Assembly: GCA_028534125.1 (NCBI GenBank)
Contig: CM052816.1
Coordinates: forward strand, 68,760,001 to 68,824,000
Direction of reading: 5' to 3'
DNA: 64,000 nt
Source: Lama glama
Lineage: Eukaryota
Of this stretch, positions 24,872 to 37,479 are shown one piece after another (position 1 is the first letter of the stretch; each line of letters starts with the position of its first letter). A model generated the notes under the pieces. The model searched no databases. It was not told the DNA's origin and saw only the letters and a list, made by a program, of their open reading frames with translations. The translations under genes were made by a program, and so were the position numbers.

Positions 24872-26209
24872 TATTCTGCATCTTTTTCTACACACTTTAG
24901 AAGAACACAGATATCCGTGCCTGGGGCTTTTCCCACAGTAGTGAGATCAGCTTCCTTTTCCACTGAATATATTAAGACTTCTCTTCCAAAGAGTACATAT
25001 ATATTTACCTCACTCTTCTTAATAGCTATATTGATTTTCACTATGAATATATGCATAATTCATGTATTTAATTCTCTACTGATGAACACTGAGGCTGTTT
25101 ATATTCATTTCCTTTTACAAACAATGGTAACTCTTTGTAGTATTCCTTCATTAGGAAATACAATATAAGCACATTACAGACAATGGGGGCAGGGGAGATA
25201 TAATATAATTTCACTGCTCAAAGACAACCACTTAAGGTTTTCAACTTTTCCAGTGTATGTTTTTACTTTTACTAAATTGTAATCACAGTCCACATTGGTT
25301 TTAGGTCCTACTTTTTTCATTTAATGCTCTTTCACAAGGAAATATATTTTTCATGTATTGCAGAATCTTCGTAAGTTTATTTAGCCAGTCTTTCAACCAG
25401 ACACTAGGGTCTTTTTCAGTTATATCTCAGTAGTTCATATGATGCCTCTCTCTGTGGTTTCAAACTACCTTCTCCATGGATACTTTCCAGTCACCATTCA
25501 ACCAAACTCAAGTCTCTGTTCTTGTGTTTGGGAACTGTTAAGGCTGACTCTCCAGTGACCATGTAGGGAGTTAACTGGAAGCATCAGGGGAGCTGCTGCA
25601 ATGGTCCCAGTGAGAGATGAGCAGGCCAGGATCACAACTGAATATACAAGCTTTTTGTGTCTCAGTTTCCTCACCTTGAGAAGAAATCTTCATGGTGTAT
25701 TAAATGTTTACTGAGAACACACCTGCTGTGGCCAGCGTGGCACAGGGCCACATTATGTTAGTTCACAAAAAGCTAGAAAGAGGCAGTGCTGTAAAACTAC
25801 GCACCAAACACATTACTCTATTAAGCCAAGAAGTTCCTTATCATATTATTTATTCAATAAATACTAAGTATCTACTTTATAAAGGTAGATCATTACAGGA
25901 GATAAGGAAGAGTACAAATAAGCTAAAATGAAACACCTGAACCTAAGGAGCTTAAAATCTAGTTTGCCAGACAGGAAGACAAATGTGATGTAAGTGGCAG
26001 GTGACAGAAGTTGAAAAAGCATAGCAGTAAGGACTTACAAATTTCAAGGAAGAAATGACATTTATACATACAAAAGATTCTAGTTGGAGAAGTGGATAGT
26101 GGGAAGGAATATGCTCATCTTGAAAAGTTTTCTTCTAAATTCTTTATTCAAAATGGCTGTAAGAATGCTTTTACTGGTTAGAGAATATAGCTAATTACCC
26201 TAAAAAGGT

Positions 26210-26890
26210 GAACTACTACTTCATACCACTAGGATGGCTATAATTAAAAACACAGACAATAAAAAATGTTGGTGAAAATGTGGACAAATTGGAACTCTAA
26301 TAAATCGCTGCTAAGAATGTAAATAGTATACCCACTTTGGAAAACAGTTTCTCAAAAAGTTAACATAGAGTTAATCTAACCCATCAATCCTACCCAATTC
26401 TACCCAGGAGAAATGAAAACATATGTCTGCACAAAAACATGTACACAAATGTTCATAGTAGCATTATTCATAATAGCCAAAAGTGGAAAAACTCCAAATG
26501 TCCATCAACTGATGAATGGTTGAACAGAATGTGGTATACACATACAATGGAATATTTTTCAGCCATAGAAAGGAATACATGCTACAATGTGGATCGTTTG
26601 TGAGGACATTATGCTAAGTGTGAGAAGGCAGACACAAAGGCCACATACTATATTATTTTATTATTTGCAATCTACAGAACTGGCAAATCAACAGAGGCAG
26701 AAAGTAGATCTGTAGTTGTCAGGGGCTGGAGGTTAGGGAAATGGGGAATGACTGCTAATTGGTCTGAGGTTTCTTTTTGTTAGGGAGAATGCTCTGGAAA
26801 TAGTGGTTATGGCTACAGATAGCTGAATATACTAAAACCCACGAAGTGTATGCTTTAAAAGAGTGAATGTTATATGAATGACATCTCAAA
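26210..26890 (+). mobile_element. L1 (L1MB-like) end of ORF2 and 3' UTR
   Basis: CACTAGGATGGCTATAATTAAAAA...AAATGTCCATCAACTGATGAATGG...GAATATACTAAAACC. Confidence 0.85.
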
Positions 26891-27058
26891 ATGATCATCT
26901 TGTTTTGCTTTTATGAGTTGACAGTTTACTTAAAAAATAGCTAGACATTTTCCTGTTTTAGCTGATGAAACCAACAGGAAAAGAAAATGAAAAATATATA
27001 CTCATTTATTTAGTAAAATACACAGAATTCTATGATAAAAAGTAAGTCTCTGCCATAC

Positions 27059-27247
27059 CTGTGCTTTTTTTTCACAAAGAGTATACACAGTTTCCAAATT
27101 TGGATCATTATGAAGTGGATGAGAATACATTCGATGCTCAAAAGCCTCTACTTTCTGGATGACTTTTTTCAGCCCTTGATCTTGAATGCCCATGTCATCA
27201 ATAGGATCTAATAAAGGAACACCATCAGGAAAACGCTTCTGAACTTC
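27059..27247 (-). CDS. MTREX: MTREX exon 21 (189 nt)
   Basis: AG/GT bounded. Encodes EVQKRFPDGVPLLDPIDDMGIQDQGLKKVIQKVEAFEHRMYSHPLHNDPNLETVYTLCEKKAQ. Confidence 0.97.
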
Positions 27248-27870
27248 CTGAAAGAAAATATTTTAAATTCATTTTTCATCTTACAGATAAAATTAGTTAA
27301 GACTAAACTAAATCAAATTTCCCTTTATGTTTTTTCTATGCACACAGACATAAAGAGGATGCTATATGTATAATTTTGCATTTCCCACTTAGAGTGCATT
27401 TTTCTACTGCATTCGTTTATGAAAAGTCCTTTTAAATTATTTTACTATGGTTTATTGATATGGAGATGTATAATAATTTACTAATATTTCTAATATTTAG
27501 AGCTTAATAGGTCTGGCTGTGGTAAAACTTATTGGATAAAACCCCTTTTTGTATATTTAGGTTGTTGTAATTTTTTGCCATTATAAATAATCCTGTATCA
27601 AACATCTCAAGTATAAATTCTTTTCAATATTCTGATTATTTCCTTGGGACTGATTCCTATGGAGGGCACTCTGGAGTTGAAAGATACAAAGTTTTTCAAA
27701 GGTCAAGATCCCTACTGCTAAAAAATTTTGTTTTAAACGTGATTGAACTGTTTAATGAGAATGTGAGTTCAGAGAAGAGATAGGTCACTGTAGGCTGGTA
27801 TCCCACTGGGAGACTTCTGGTGTCTTGGACAGGCTTTAAAGGTAAGACAGGATTTGGCCAGTCAGTAATT

Positions 27871-27904
<34 letters not shown>

Positions 27905-28539
27905 GAACAAGAAAAGAAAAAAAAGAAACGGTTAAACACAATTTTTTTTTGTAAAATTGTCAAGAGAATTATTCATTTCAGGAAACCTACCTATGGACTA
28001 CAGCTTAAAAATTCCTACTCTACACTGAAAGCATCCTGTTTCTCAGATTCTAGTATAGTGTCTTTGCTACACAGTGAATGCTTTTCAAATATTTATTGAC
28101 TAAATAACCAACAAAGTTTCCTTAAATTAAATTATAAAGTTTCAATTTTTCATACTGAAAATAAAACTATCTCATCCATCTATTAACTATATTAAAAAGT
28201 GGTTAAAAGCCCTGGCACCTGATTTTATACAAAAAACTTTTAATATATCTATAATTATCTTCACTCATAATGAATAAAGCAAAACATATTTAACATACAA
28301 CAGTGGGCACACTTTCCTTTGTAAACCCTCCTTTAAATTCAATTTGTTGGCAGATTTAGAGATGATAATCTACATGTAGATCTGCTGCCTCTATTTTTGT
28401 TAAAAATAATTGCCACTATTAGTGGTATTTATAGTTTCTGGAAGAAAGCAATATTTAAAAGGATTTCAGTTGCCTTGTTACAAACCCTATTTATGTTTAC
28501 ATAAAATTGATATTTAATTTATAAAACTAACATGTATAC

Positions 28540-28650
28540 CTGTATTGATTTTAAGACACTCTGTCTATTGTCCAGTGGTCGAAGGTCTTTAGGAATGTAA
28601 AGCCTAACACTGCTGATAGCAGACAGAAGATGCACCAAAACTGGAACAAC
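28540..28650 (-). CDS. MTREX: MTREX exon 20 (111 nt)
   Basis: AG/GT bounded. Encodes VVPVLVHLLSAISSVRLYIPKDLRPLDNRQSVLKSIQ (arch/KOW region). Confidence 0.97.
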
Positions 28651-29524
28651 CTACCAACAAAAAAGTTATATATTTATATATATTACAATTGAAATTGCAT
28701 GTTTTCAAATTATGCCGTTTCTTAAATTTAGCTTGAATCCTTAAAAGAAAGCTGCATTTACAATATATGACAGGTATAATAAGTAGGTAATAATCATTGT
28801 GAAAGCTCATATCTTAGTAGAAACTATGCTTAAAAAAGTAAAAACAAATTCAAATCTTTAAATAATAGGCAAATAAATGGTACATAAAAATAAGTGATTC
28901 CCTCAACAGAGACGCCATACTTTATTCATTTTTGCATCCTTAGTGTTTGGCACTTTTTGAATACCTAAAAGTATTATAATACTACAGAGGAAAGAAGCAT
29001 TCCTTTTGGGTTTGGATGGCCAAGTAAGATTCACATAAGCTCTGGATGGGCCAGAATGAAGAGAAGAAAAGAAGTATTTCAAGCAGAGAAAACAGTATAC
29101 TAGATTAGACAATCCTGAAAAACATCTATTTTCAAACTTTCTTCCATGCTTTCTCCTGACAAGAACACCCTTCCCTCACAATCAAATATGTCATTTTGCC
29201 TTCTTTAAATTTACCTCCTTTAAATTTAGAGGGCCTCTAGAAACTGAGGAGAGGTTAACATTTTCACAGGTCCAAACTGTCAGTGTATTGGTCTCCTATG
29301 GCTACCTTTACACTCTGATCACTACTGAAAAAATAACTGTCATCTGGTTGCTTGTAACAAATGTATTTGCTGTGTTTTACTGAACAAAATGGTACAGCAA
29401 TTGAATGTGGGTTCTAGAGTCAAGACAGCCTGAGCTTGAATGCTGCCTTCAGTTAGCTGTGTGACCTTGAGCAAGTCACCTAGCCTTTTAAAGCTTCAGT
29501 TTCCCCATTTTAAAAACAGGGACA

Positions 29525-30440
29525 AACAATGGAAGAGAATACCAAGCCCAAAAATCAATCCACACACACACCTAGAGTCAATTAGTCTACGTATGGCAAA
29601 GGAGGCAACAACATACAATGGAGAAAAGATACTTTCTTCACCAAGTGGTGTTGGGAAAGCTGCACAGCTACATGTAAATCAATGAAATTAGGAAACTCCC
29701 TCACACCATATACAAAAATAAACTCAAATGGTTTAAAAACCTAAAGACACCACGAATTAAAACTCCTAGAAGAGAACAAAGGCAAAACATTCTCAGGCAT
29801 ACATTGTAGCAATATTTTCTTAAATCGGTTTCCCAAGGCAAAAGAAATAAACGCAAAAACAATCAAATGGGACTTAATAAACTTAGAAGTCTTTGCACAG
29901 CACAGGAACCATCAATAAAATGAAAAGACAATCTATGGAGTAGAAGAAAATATTTGCAAATGATGTGACTGACAAGGGGTTGATATCCAAAATAAACAAA
30001 CATCTAGTACAACTCAATATCAAAAAACCAAACAATCCAATCAAAAAATGGGCAGAAGACCTAAATAGATATTTCTCCAAAAAAGAAATACACATGGCCA
30101 ACTGGCACATGAAAAGGTGCTTAATATTGCTAATTACTAGAGAAATGCCAATCAAAACTACAATGAGGTATCATCTCATACCAGTCAGAATGGCCATCGT
30201 CAGAAAGTTTACAAAAAATAAATGCTGGAAGGGTGTGGAGAAAAAGGAACCCTCCTATACTGCTGGTGGGAATGTAAACTGGTGTAGCCAGTATGGAAGA
30301 CAGTATGGAGGTTTCCTAAGAAATTTAAAATAGAGCTACCATTGATTAAGCAATCCCTCTCCTGGGCATGTATCTGGAAAAGATGAACTCTAATTCAAAA
30401 GATAAATGCACCACAACCTTCATAGTAGTACTATTTAACA
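29525..30440 (+). mobile_element. L1 ORF2 C-terminal fragment, directly after a MIR piece at about 29390-29520
   Basis: ORF 29965-30333 reads [16 protein letters not shown]...[12 protein letters not shown]...[11 protein letters not shown], which is L1 ORF2p. Stops and frameshifts surround it. Confidence 0.9.
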
Positions 30441-32146
30441 ATAATATACCATCTAATATACAGCCCATATTAAAATATCCCCAACTGATCCAATAACATC
30501 CTTTATAGATTACTAATACTACTTTTGGATCCAGGATCCAGCCACAGATCATTTATTGCATTTAGTTGACAGGTCTCTTTGTATCTTCTTTAATCTAGAA
30601 TATTCCACATATTTTTTGTTCTTTTATAGTATTAACATTTTCATATAATCTCAAATTTACAGAAAAATTACAAAAACAAGATAAAGAGCTCCCATGTATC
30701 TTTAACCAGATTCACCAATTATTTACATCTTGCCCCATTCGCTATATCATACTCTTTATATATATATATATAGACATATACACACACACCCATACACCCA
30801 TAAAACAAGTATTAAAAGAGGGGAATTTAATATTGATACGATAGTATAATCTATAGTCCATATTAAAATTTACCTAATTTCCCCAAAACATCTTCTATAT
30901 CAACCTCCCTTCTCCTCCACCACTCTACGGATCCAAATTAGGATCATGTATTGAATTTAGTTGTAATACTTCTTCATTCTCCTTTAATCTGGAACAGTTT
31001 TTCAGTTTTTCTGTGACTGTCAGGACATTAACATTTTTTAATGCTATAGGTTAGTTATTTTGTAGGTTTGTCGAATCATGAAGAATCATCAGATTCAGGT
31101 TATGCATTTTGGACCAAGTAATTTTTCAGCAATAATTTCAAAGGTTCCTTTGGCTACAATAAATATATGCCAAGTGGTGGGAATTTTAGCCTCATTTATA
31201 GTTAAACAGTCGGTAAGTAAATATGAGGAGAAAAAAATCTTACAAGTTTCACTGGTGGTGGAAGTCTGGAGGAGAACAAATTAGAAGACGGAGGAACAAA
31301 GATCAAAGGCTAGTTGGCACTCAGAAGGATAAATAATTAGACTTATAAATCATTATTTTAAAACGCTTAATAATGAATAGTCTTTTTAACTACTGCCAAC
31401 TCTGAATTTCAGTCATTTAACTGATCCAAAGCAGTAGCCTATAATGCTGCAGTGGCAGATTTTACTTTCCACAAACCAAAGCCTATTACAACAAGTATCA
31501 TTACAATGACATTTCCTAAAAGATCTAGCCAATGTGCCACATACTTAAAGCAATGTTTAAAAATAACAAAATTCCAGTTATATTAGCCTTCAAATAGATA
31601 CATGGAATCTCTACAGTAAGGTTTATCTACTTTTATTCTATATTAATTATTTTAAAGTAAAATAAAATAGACATTCAAGAAATAAATCTCATATGGAAAA
31701 CATTTTGAACTTAATTAAAAGGACATATAAATTAAATGATTTTAAGGAAATTTAGAATTTTTTCATTATCAAAACACTGGATCATTTTTTCAATCATTAT
31801 TTTCACAGGGATGTAATAAACAGTAAAGGAAATAAAAATGTAAAGTTATTCAATCACAAAAATGACAAAATATCTTTTCAGCCTCGGTAAATTCCAGCTT
31901 CATGTGAAAATTTCAATTATTAAATTTCCCTTATCTTTCACTTTGTCCTTATTTACCTTGATAAAAGAGAGCTAAATTTCATTAATTATCCTACTGTATT
32001 TAGATAGCTTTTAACATACCTTAAAACATCTTGAAAACTTCTAATTTAGAAATCATGACATTATGCTCACTATAGTCACATTTAGGAAATCTAGTGATTA
32101 TAAATAATATAAAATAATACCTGAAATCTGAAAATAAAGTACAAAC

Positions 32147-32275
32147 CTGCATCTCTCCTTTCTCGTCAGGTTTAGCGGGCTTTGCAGCCTCAGTAGCTGA
32201 ATTTTTCAAGCTCTCTTTGCTACAGCGCAGGAGTACTTCTACTACATATAGAGGGTCCAGTTCACCAGAATTAGG
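32147..32275 (-). CDS. MTREX: MTREX exon 19 (129 nt)
   Basis: TAG acceptor and GTTTGT donor. Encodes PNSGELDPLYVVEVLLRCSKESLKNSATEAAKPAKPDEKGEMQ. Confidence 0.96.
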
Positions 32276-34216
32276 CTAGGAAAAAACAGGAAAAAGCTTA
32301 TTAATTCTTAAAAACTGGCCCACAGATTTTAAGTTCCATGTGTACAGGGACTATGTTCTCAGTAGTTGGCATTATGTCTGGTACATACTGCAGAGTAAAT
32401 GTTTATTTTATAAAATGAGGGCTGTCTCTCTTCAACTTTCTCCACTGGATGAGAAAACAAATTACTTGATACTTATGAATTTAAATAGCATGATTACTGT
32501 CAACTGTGACACAAAATGCCATTTTAAGTTTCTAATGATTAATTTATAATTTTATTTAATACACCAGAATTTAAAAAATAAACTAAAAGAAAGTAGCAGG
32601 AAATGAATACGTACCTTCAAATTGCCCTAATTCAGCAACATGAAAAATAGATACTGAGTAGATTATTCTATTGCTTAGTATACTAGTACCTCTATAATGT
32701 GACTTCATATAATTTGAAGTCTGCTAGCCTTTTATATTCACTAATAAATACCTGATTCTCAAAGACCCAAGAGTAATCACATCATCGGCACTATATTATA
32801 AGAGCAGCATCTTTCAAATAGTAATAGAAGACTTTTTTCTTTGGTAAAGAATTCCTCTCTACTTTTTAATTCAATTATTTAAATAATCTCCTTTGCATAA
32901 AATTAGATACAGGAAGAAGTCATTCTGTTTGAGAGAAGAGCATGGCAAAGAAATGACTGCTTGGTCTCCTCTCATTCACCCTTCAGAGTTCCGGTGCAAA
33001 TATGAAAAACTGTCAAGAAATGACTATGGATCCATACCAACAACCTATTTCTGTAATAAACTATCAAGAGCCTAAGAATAGTAAGCAGTAAAATTTCCAA
33101 AAAAATTAAAAATACAACTATAATTATCTTAAGCCACTAAGTTCAAATTTCCTCAAAGAAAGCATAAGCTCCATTTTTCAATTCAAAAGGAAAACTAGTT
33201 TTTTCTCAGCATACGTTTTTCCCCCCCAAATATAGTTAATTTAAAAGACTTTTAAAACATTCTTCAGCTTGGTACAGATACAAAGCACAGTATTTTCAAT
33301 TAGATCTGTATCTGCAAATATTATGTACATGTATATCTTAGTCAACATTAAATGAGTTTTACAAACAATGAACTAAGTAAACAGCTATGACCATCTGTCC
33401 AACAGGTCAACAACTGTAAGGACAACAATGAATATTTAGCTTTCCAAAGGTGGGGGAAAACCCTCTGAATAAAATATACTCCACAATTAGATGAATAAAT
33501 TAACTCCAAAGTGATGTGATACATAAGAGCATCTGGACAAAGTTAACCTAAGATTTATATAGAATCGTTAATGTGTCTAGATAATCTAGAACTATTATTG
33601 GGTTTAATTTCAATTCTGTAGATTTTATTTGTAAACTTAATATTCTCCTTTTATAAGATACAACAATCACAGAACTGACAATTAGAACTCAAGCATCTCA
33701 TGCATAACCATCTGTCCTTGTAGAACTTCCAAAATCGCTTACAACATTATACAGATCTCCTCAAGGGTTACTACGGAAATTCATTTGAAAGCCTTCTTTA
33801 CTGTAGCATTCAATGAAAATTTGCTGTTAAATTTACTCCCTAAGATAAGAAATCTCTTTTCAGCAAACTTCTTCTATTTCTGTACTCTGGTAAAGATGGG
33901 TCAACAATGTCATCTTTCACATAAGACAAAATAGTTACTAAATGTTCTATCTGGCTTTCCAATGACTGCCTTAGCATAAATTTTTGCTCATATGTCCTAG
34001 TTTTTAACTTCTTAATCATATAATTGAACTTTCATCTCCCTAACTTCTCTTCATTCCTTGTAAGATGTGTCTAATTTCTTACTGTGAATGAAAATTACCA
34101 GATTAAAATAATTTTGAGAATCTCAAGCTTATGATATAGACTCAAATAATATGAAATAAATATTGACAATACATTTTATCTACCTAAAATGCTCCAAACT
34201 ATTTTCTTCATTGGTA

Positions 34217-34763
34217 TGTCGCTCTGTGGACAAAGAATGTTGCCTGCTACATCAGTAAACAAAGGATGGAGATAAACAGGCTGCCTGTCACTGGTATGTT
34301 ATCTCTGTGGACAAAGAATGTTGCCTGCTACATCAGTAAACAAAGGATGGAAATAAACAGGATGCCTGCCATGAAGCCATCAACCACAATGGTACACCCT
34401 GAGCAGACTCAGTTCAGAGAAAAACAGGATACTGGCCCTACAAAATTAAGGCACATATCAAAGGAACAATTTCAATACGCCCAGACTCTTGCATCTTACC
34501 ACACACAGAAAAGTGCTAAATTGATTAAGTTGAAGATGTCAGTAATCTTTTGATGTTCTGAACACCTGTGGGTTTTTGGGGTTTGCGTTTTTTTGTTTGT
34601 TTTTCTTTACAAAAATTCCTATATATCCTGGCTCCCCCACTATGTCTTCAGAACAGTCCCTCAGAGCTATCTGATAGGCTGTCTCCTGGGATTAAGTCCC
34701 CAGTGAGTCCACGGAATAAATCATTTCTCAACTTTTAGGCTGTGTAATTTTTTTCAGTTGACA
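34217..34763 (+). mobile_element. ERV 5' LTR
   Basis: TG...CA ends, TATA-like CCTATATAT near 34620, AATAAA at 34715-34720, and a PBS-like sequence immediately after. Confidence 0.7.
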
Positions 34764-37470
34764 GTTTCGGCGACCAGTGAAGGGACCCAGAGCAGACTTG
34801 TCTCCTCTGCCTTCACTCCACAAGGATCTGGAGCCTTGGTACCAACAATGGCCTCTTGGGCCCATCTGCCTCCCCAAAGAGTCCAGATGAATTTGGGTAA
34901 GTCTCTCCTGGTTCTTGGATCTCCCATTATTGGCTGATGATCCTGAGTTTTATTTGGTGGTGTTAAACTCCTCTTTGGAGGAGTAGGTTATCTTTGAAAC
35001 TTAGTTTCAAGAAGAGGTACCTGGGTATCCTCAGTGAAAGACACTTAGTAAGGCTGGACTGAGTAATCAGGTGGAAGATGGTCCGGAGTTTTTCCTTGAA
35101 TTGACTACTATTAATAGTGTTTGTTGGAATAGAAAGGAAGATATTTCATGAGAGCTTTCAGCTCTGAAAAAGGGACATCCTCCAGCTGGCAAAAGATTTC
35201 TCAGGCAATAAGAAACTTGCAGGAGTGATGGAGGTAAGTCCTCCGACCTTGCAGCCATCCCTATAGAGAAACCTACTCATTTTCATTAAAACTTGCTCTG
35301 CTGACATGCAGAAGAGCTGGTCACTCTGTGATCCCAGCGCCCATGGTGGTCTTAGGTTACCAAAGGGAGAAACTGAGACACATAAGAGAGGTAAAACGAG
35401 CCCAGAGTAAAATCTAGAGGAGTTAATAAGCTCACAAACAGCACATTGGTCCATCACACGATTGTAATTAGAGATTTTATCTTGACAAACTGACCGCAGA
35501 ATGGGGAACAAAGCCTTCAAAAAAAAAAAAAAGGGAAAAAGGAACGATAGATTGCCAGCCTCCATCTAACACTCCAACCAGGTTTATGTATGCACAAAAC
35601 TCACACTTTCAATTACGTACTTAATTGGGAATTAAAGGAAATCTTGTCCTGAACATGACTAAGAAGAAGCTCTTTTAATGCACGCACAGTTAAGTTACAG
35701 AAAGCTGGCTTGATAAAATCTTTTCAGAATTCTGACCTTAAAGAAACAAAAGCCCTTCTAAGGGGAACTTGCACTTCTCTTCCTGTGTCTTTGAGATGTA
35801 AATGTTCTTACCCGATCTTTGTTTTGTGTGTGTGTTTTAAGATCACTAACTCTGCCACCTGAAGGTACATATATGGTATACATCTGGCAGCCAATTAAAT
35901 AAACTGGGATTCAGAGCAGTCTTTTGCCTAACGGTGCCAACTCACAGTGAGCTTTTTGCCATCTTAATGTTCACTGCATCTGCCTTTACTATTTTGGGGA
36001 GTAAACTTCCTGGTTCTTGTTTAGGTGGCACCCGTCACACTCTTGTGGGGACACCTCTTGCATCTTATTGATATGAGTCATTATTAAGGTATTATATCTC
36101 ATTAATGGCCAGGTGATGGATCCTTTAAATTGGAGAAACTTCCAAACTGGTAAATTTTTAGAGAGCTCTCATAATAAAGAGCTGTTTTATTGGTACTTAT
36201 GAAAAAACAAATTAGAAGGTGGAAAAAAATATACATATAATGGTTAGCCTAAGAACTCCTTTAATTTAACACAAACAAATACACAAAAACAACGACAAAA
36301 TGGTCTGGGAAGCCTTATTTGTGGTCTGTGCTTTCCCCCATGGGTCATACAGATGCTAACAAAACCATTAGGATAATGTTAATTAGGTTGATAAACAGGG
36401 AAGTAAGAAGAAAAACTAAAGAGAAAGCCTAGAAACTTCTTTACAACAAGGTAAAACTTTAAAAGGGATCTGACCCAAATGGATAAAGAAATCTTTAGAT
36501 GGTTATTTTAAAATGGGATAAATAAAATGAATGTTGATGGGGTTAAAACAAAAGGTTTTGATGCAAGGCTACCTAAGGTTGGATGGGCCAAAGGGACCCC
36601 CTAATTGGTCCTGAACATTAAATGGTCCCAAACAAGTCTGCTCTATTTATCTCAGTTAAAAAATAAATAAAAAATTTTTAAAAGCCGTATATATAAACTA
36701 TATATATAGTTGAAAAAAAATTGCACTGGGATATATGACCAACAATTGCTTGGATCAATTAATCAAGTTAAAAAAAATTAACAAAAGAACCTGAGTCTTT
36801 TGGCTCAACCTCTCATTTGAGACCAAAGCATTTTATACCAAAATAGATGAAATGGCTGGGATAAAAAGAAAGATTTCTGGACTCTTTATGAAACAAAGGC
36901 TTGTTGATAGGGCCCGAATAGAAACTAAAGTTAAAGGTATAAAAGTTGACAGAATTGAGATAAAAGTTCACAAAAAACTGGTATACACTTAAACAGATTT
37001 TATGTAAGATGGTTACATTTCATCTGCCTGAATACACTGTGGGATAGACATGTTTCACTAGGGAAAGCTTCCCCTGACTGGTATTGTGAGACAGTGCCTA
37101 TAAGTCTGCCCTTCAGATAACATTAGTTAAAAACCACTAAAGGAAACCAATAGGTTTGCCTGAGTCCACATAATATAAAGTAAAACTGGAAGCTAATATT
37201 TAGAAGCTAATAAAAATAATACAGATTTTGCTCTAGATCTAATCTGTGCACTCAGAAAGAGGGCTTTTGTTGAAAGCCTTATGCAAGCTTTTGAAGGCAC
37301 GATAAATTGAACACCAAAGTTCTAGAACATAGAACTATAAGTTTTTAATTTAGTTGGAAATCTTCTGACTATATAAAAAAGCAAATTAAAGAAAAATAGT
37401 TGGGCAAATCAATCTTTAATATCATTTAGGTGGCAGATCGGTTCTTTGGAGAATTCAACTGTCTCTGTCT
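34764..37470 (+). mobile_element. Degraded ERV internal region, 3'-truncated
   Basis: PBS-like CGGCGACCAGTGAAGGGAC at 34768-34786 and a protease-like remnant at about 37009-37170. No long ORF and no 3' LTR are seen. Confidence 0.6.
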
Positions 37471-37479
37471 TGCTGAAAT

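Noticed and set aside
28368..28381. 14-bp palindrome ATCTACATGTAGAT, and an AT-rich one near 36700
   Set aside because: A few palindromes of this length are expected by chance in 64 kb of AT-rich DNA.
29965..30333. 122-aa ORF, and similar ORFs at 41874-42287 and 51856-52116
   Set aside because: These are fragments of decayed L1 ORF2, not host genes.
32115..32146. Alternative donor CAG|GTATTA 26 nt past the MTREX exon 19 donor
   Set aside because: It is out of frame and has no support beyond a weak motif.
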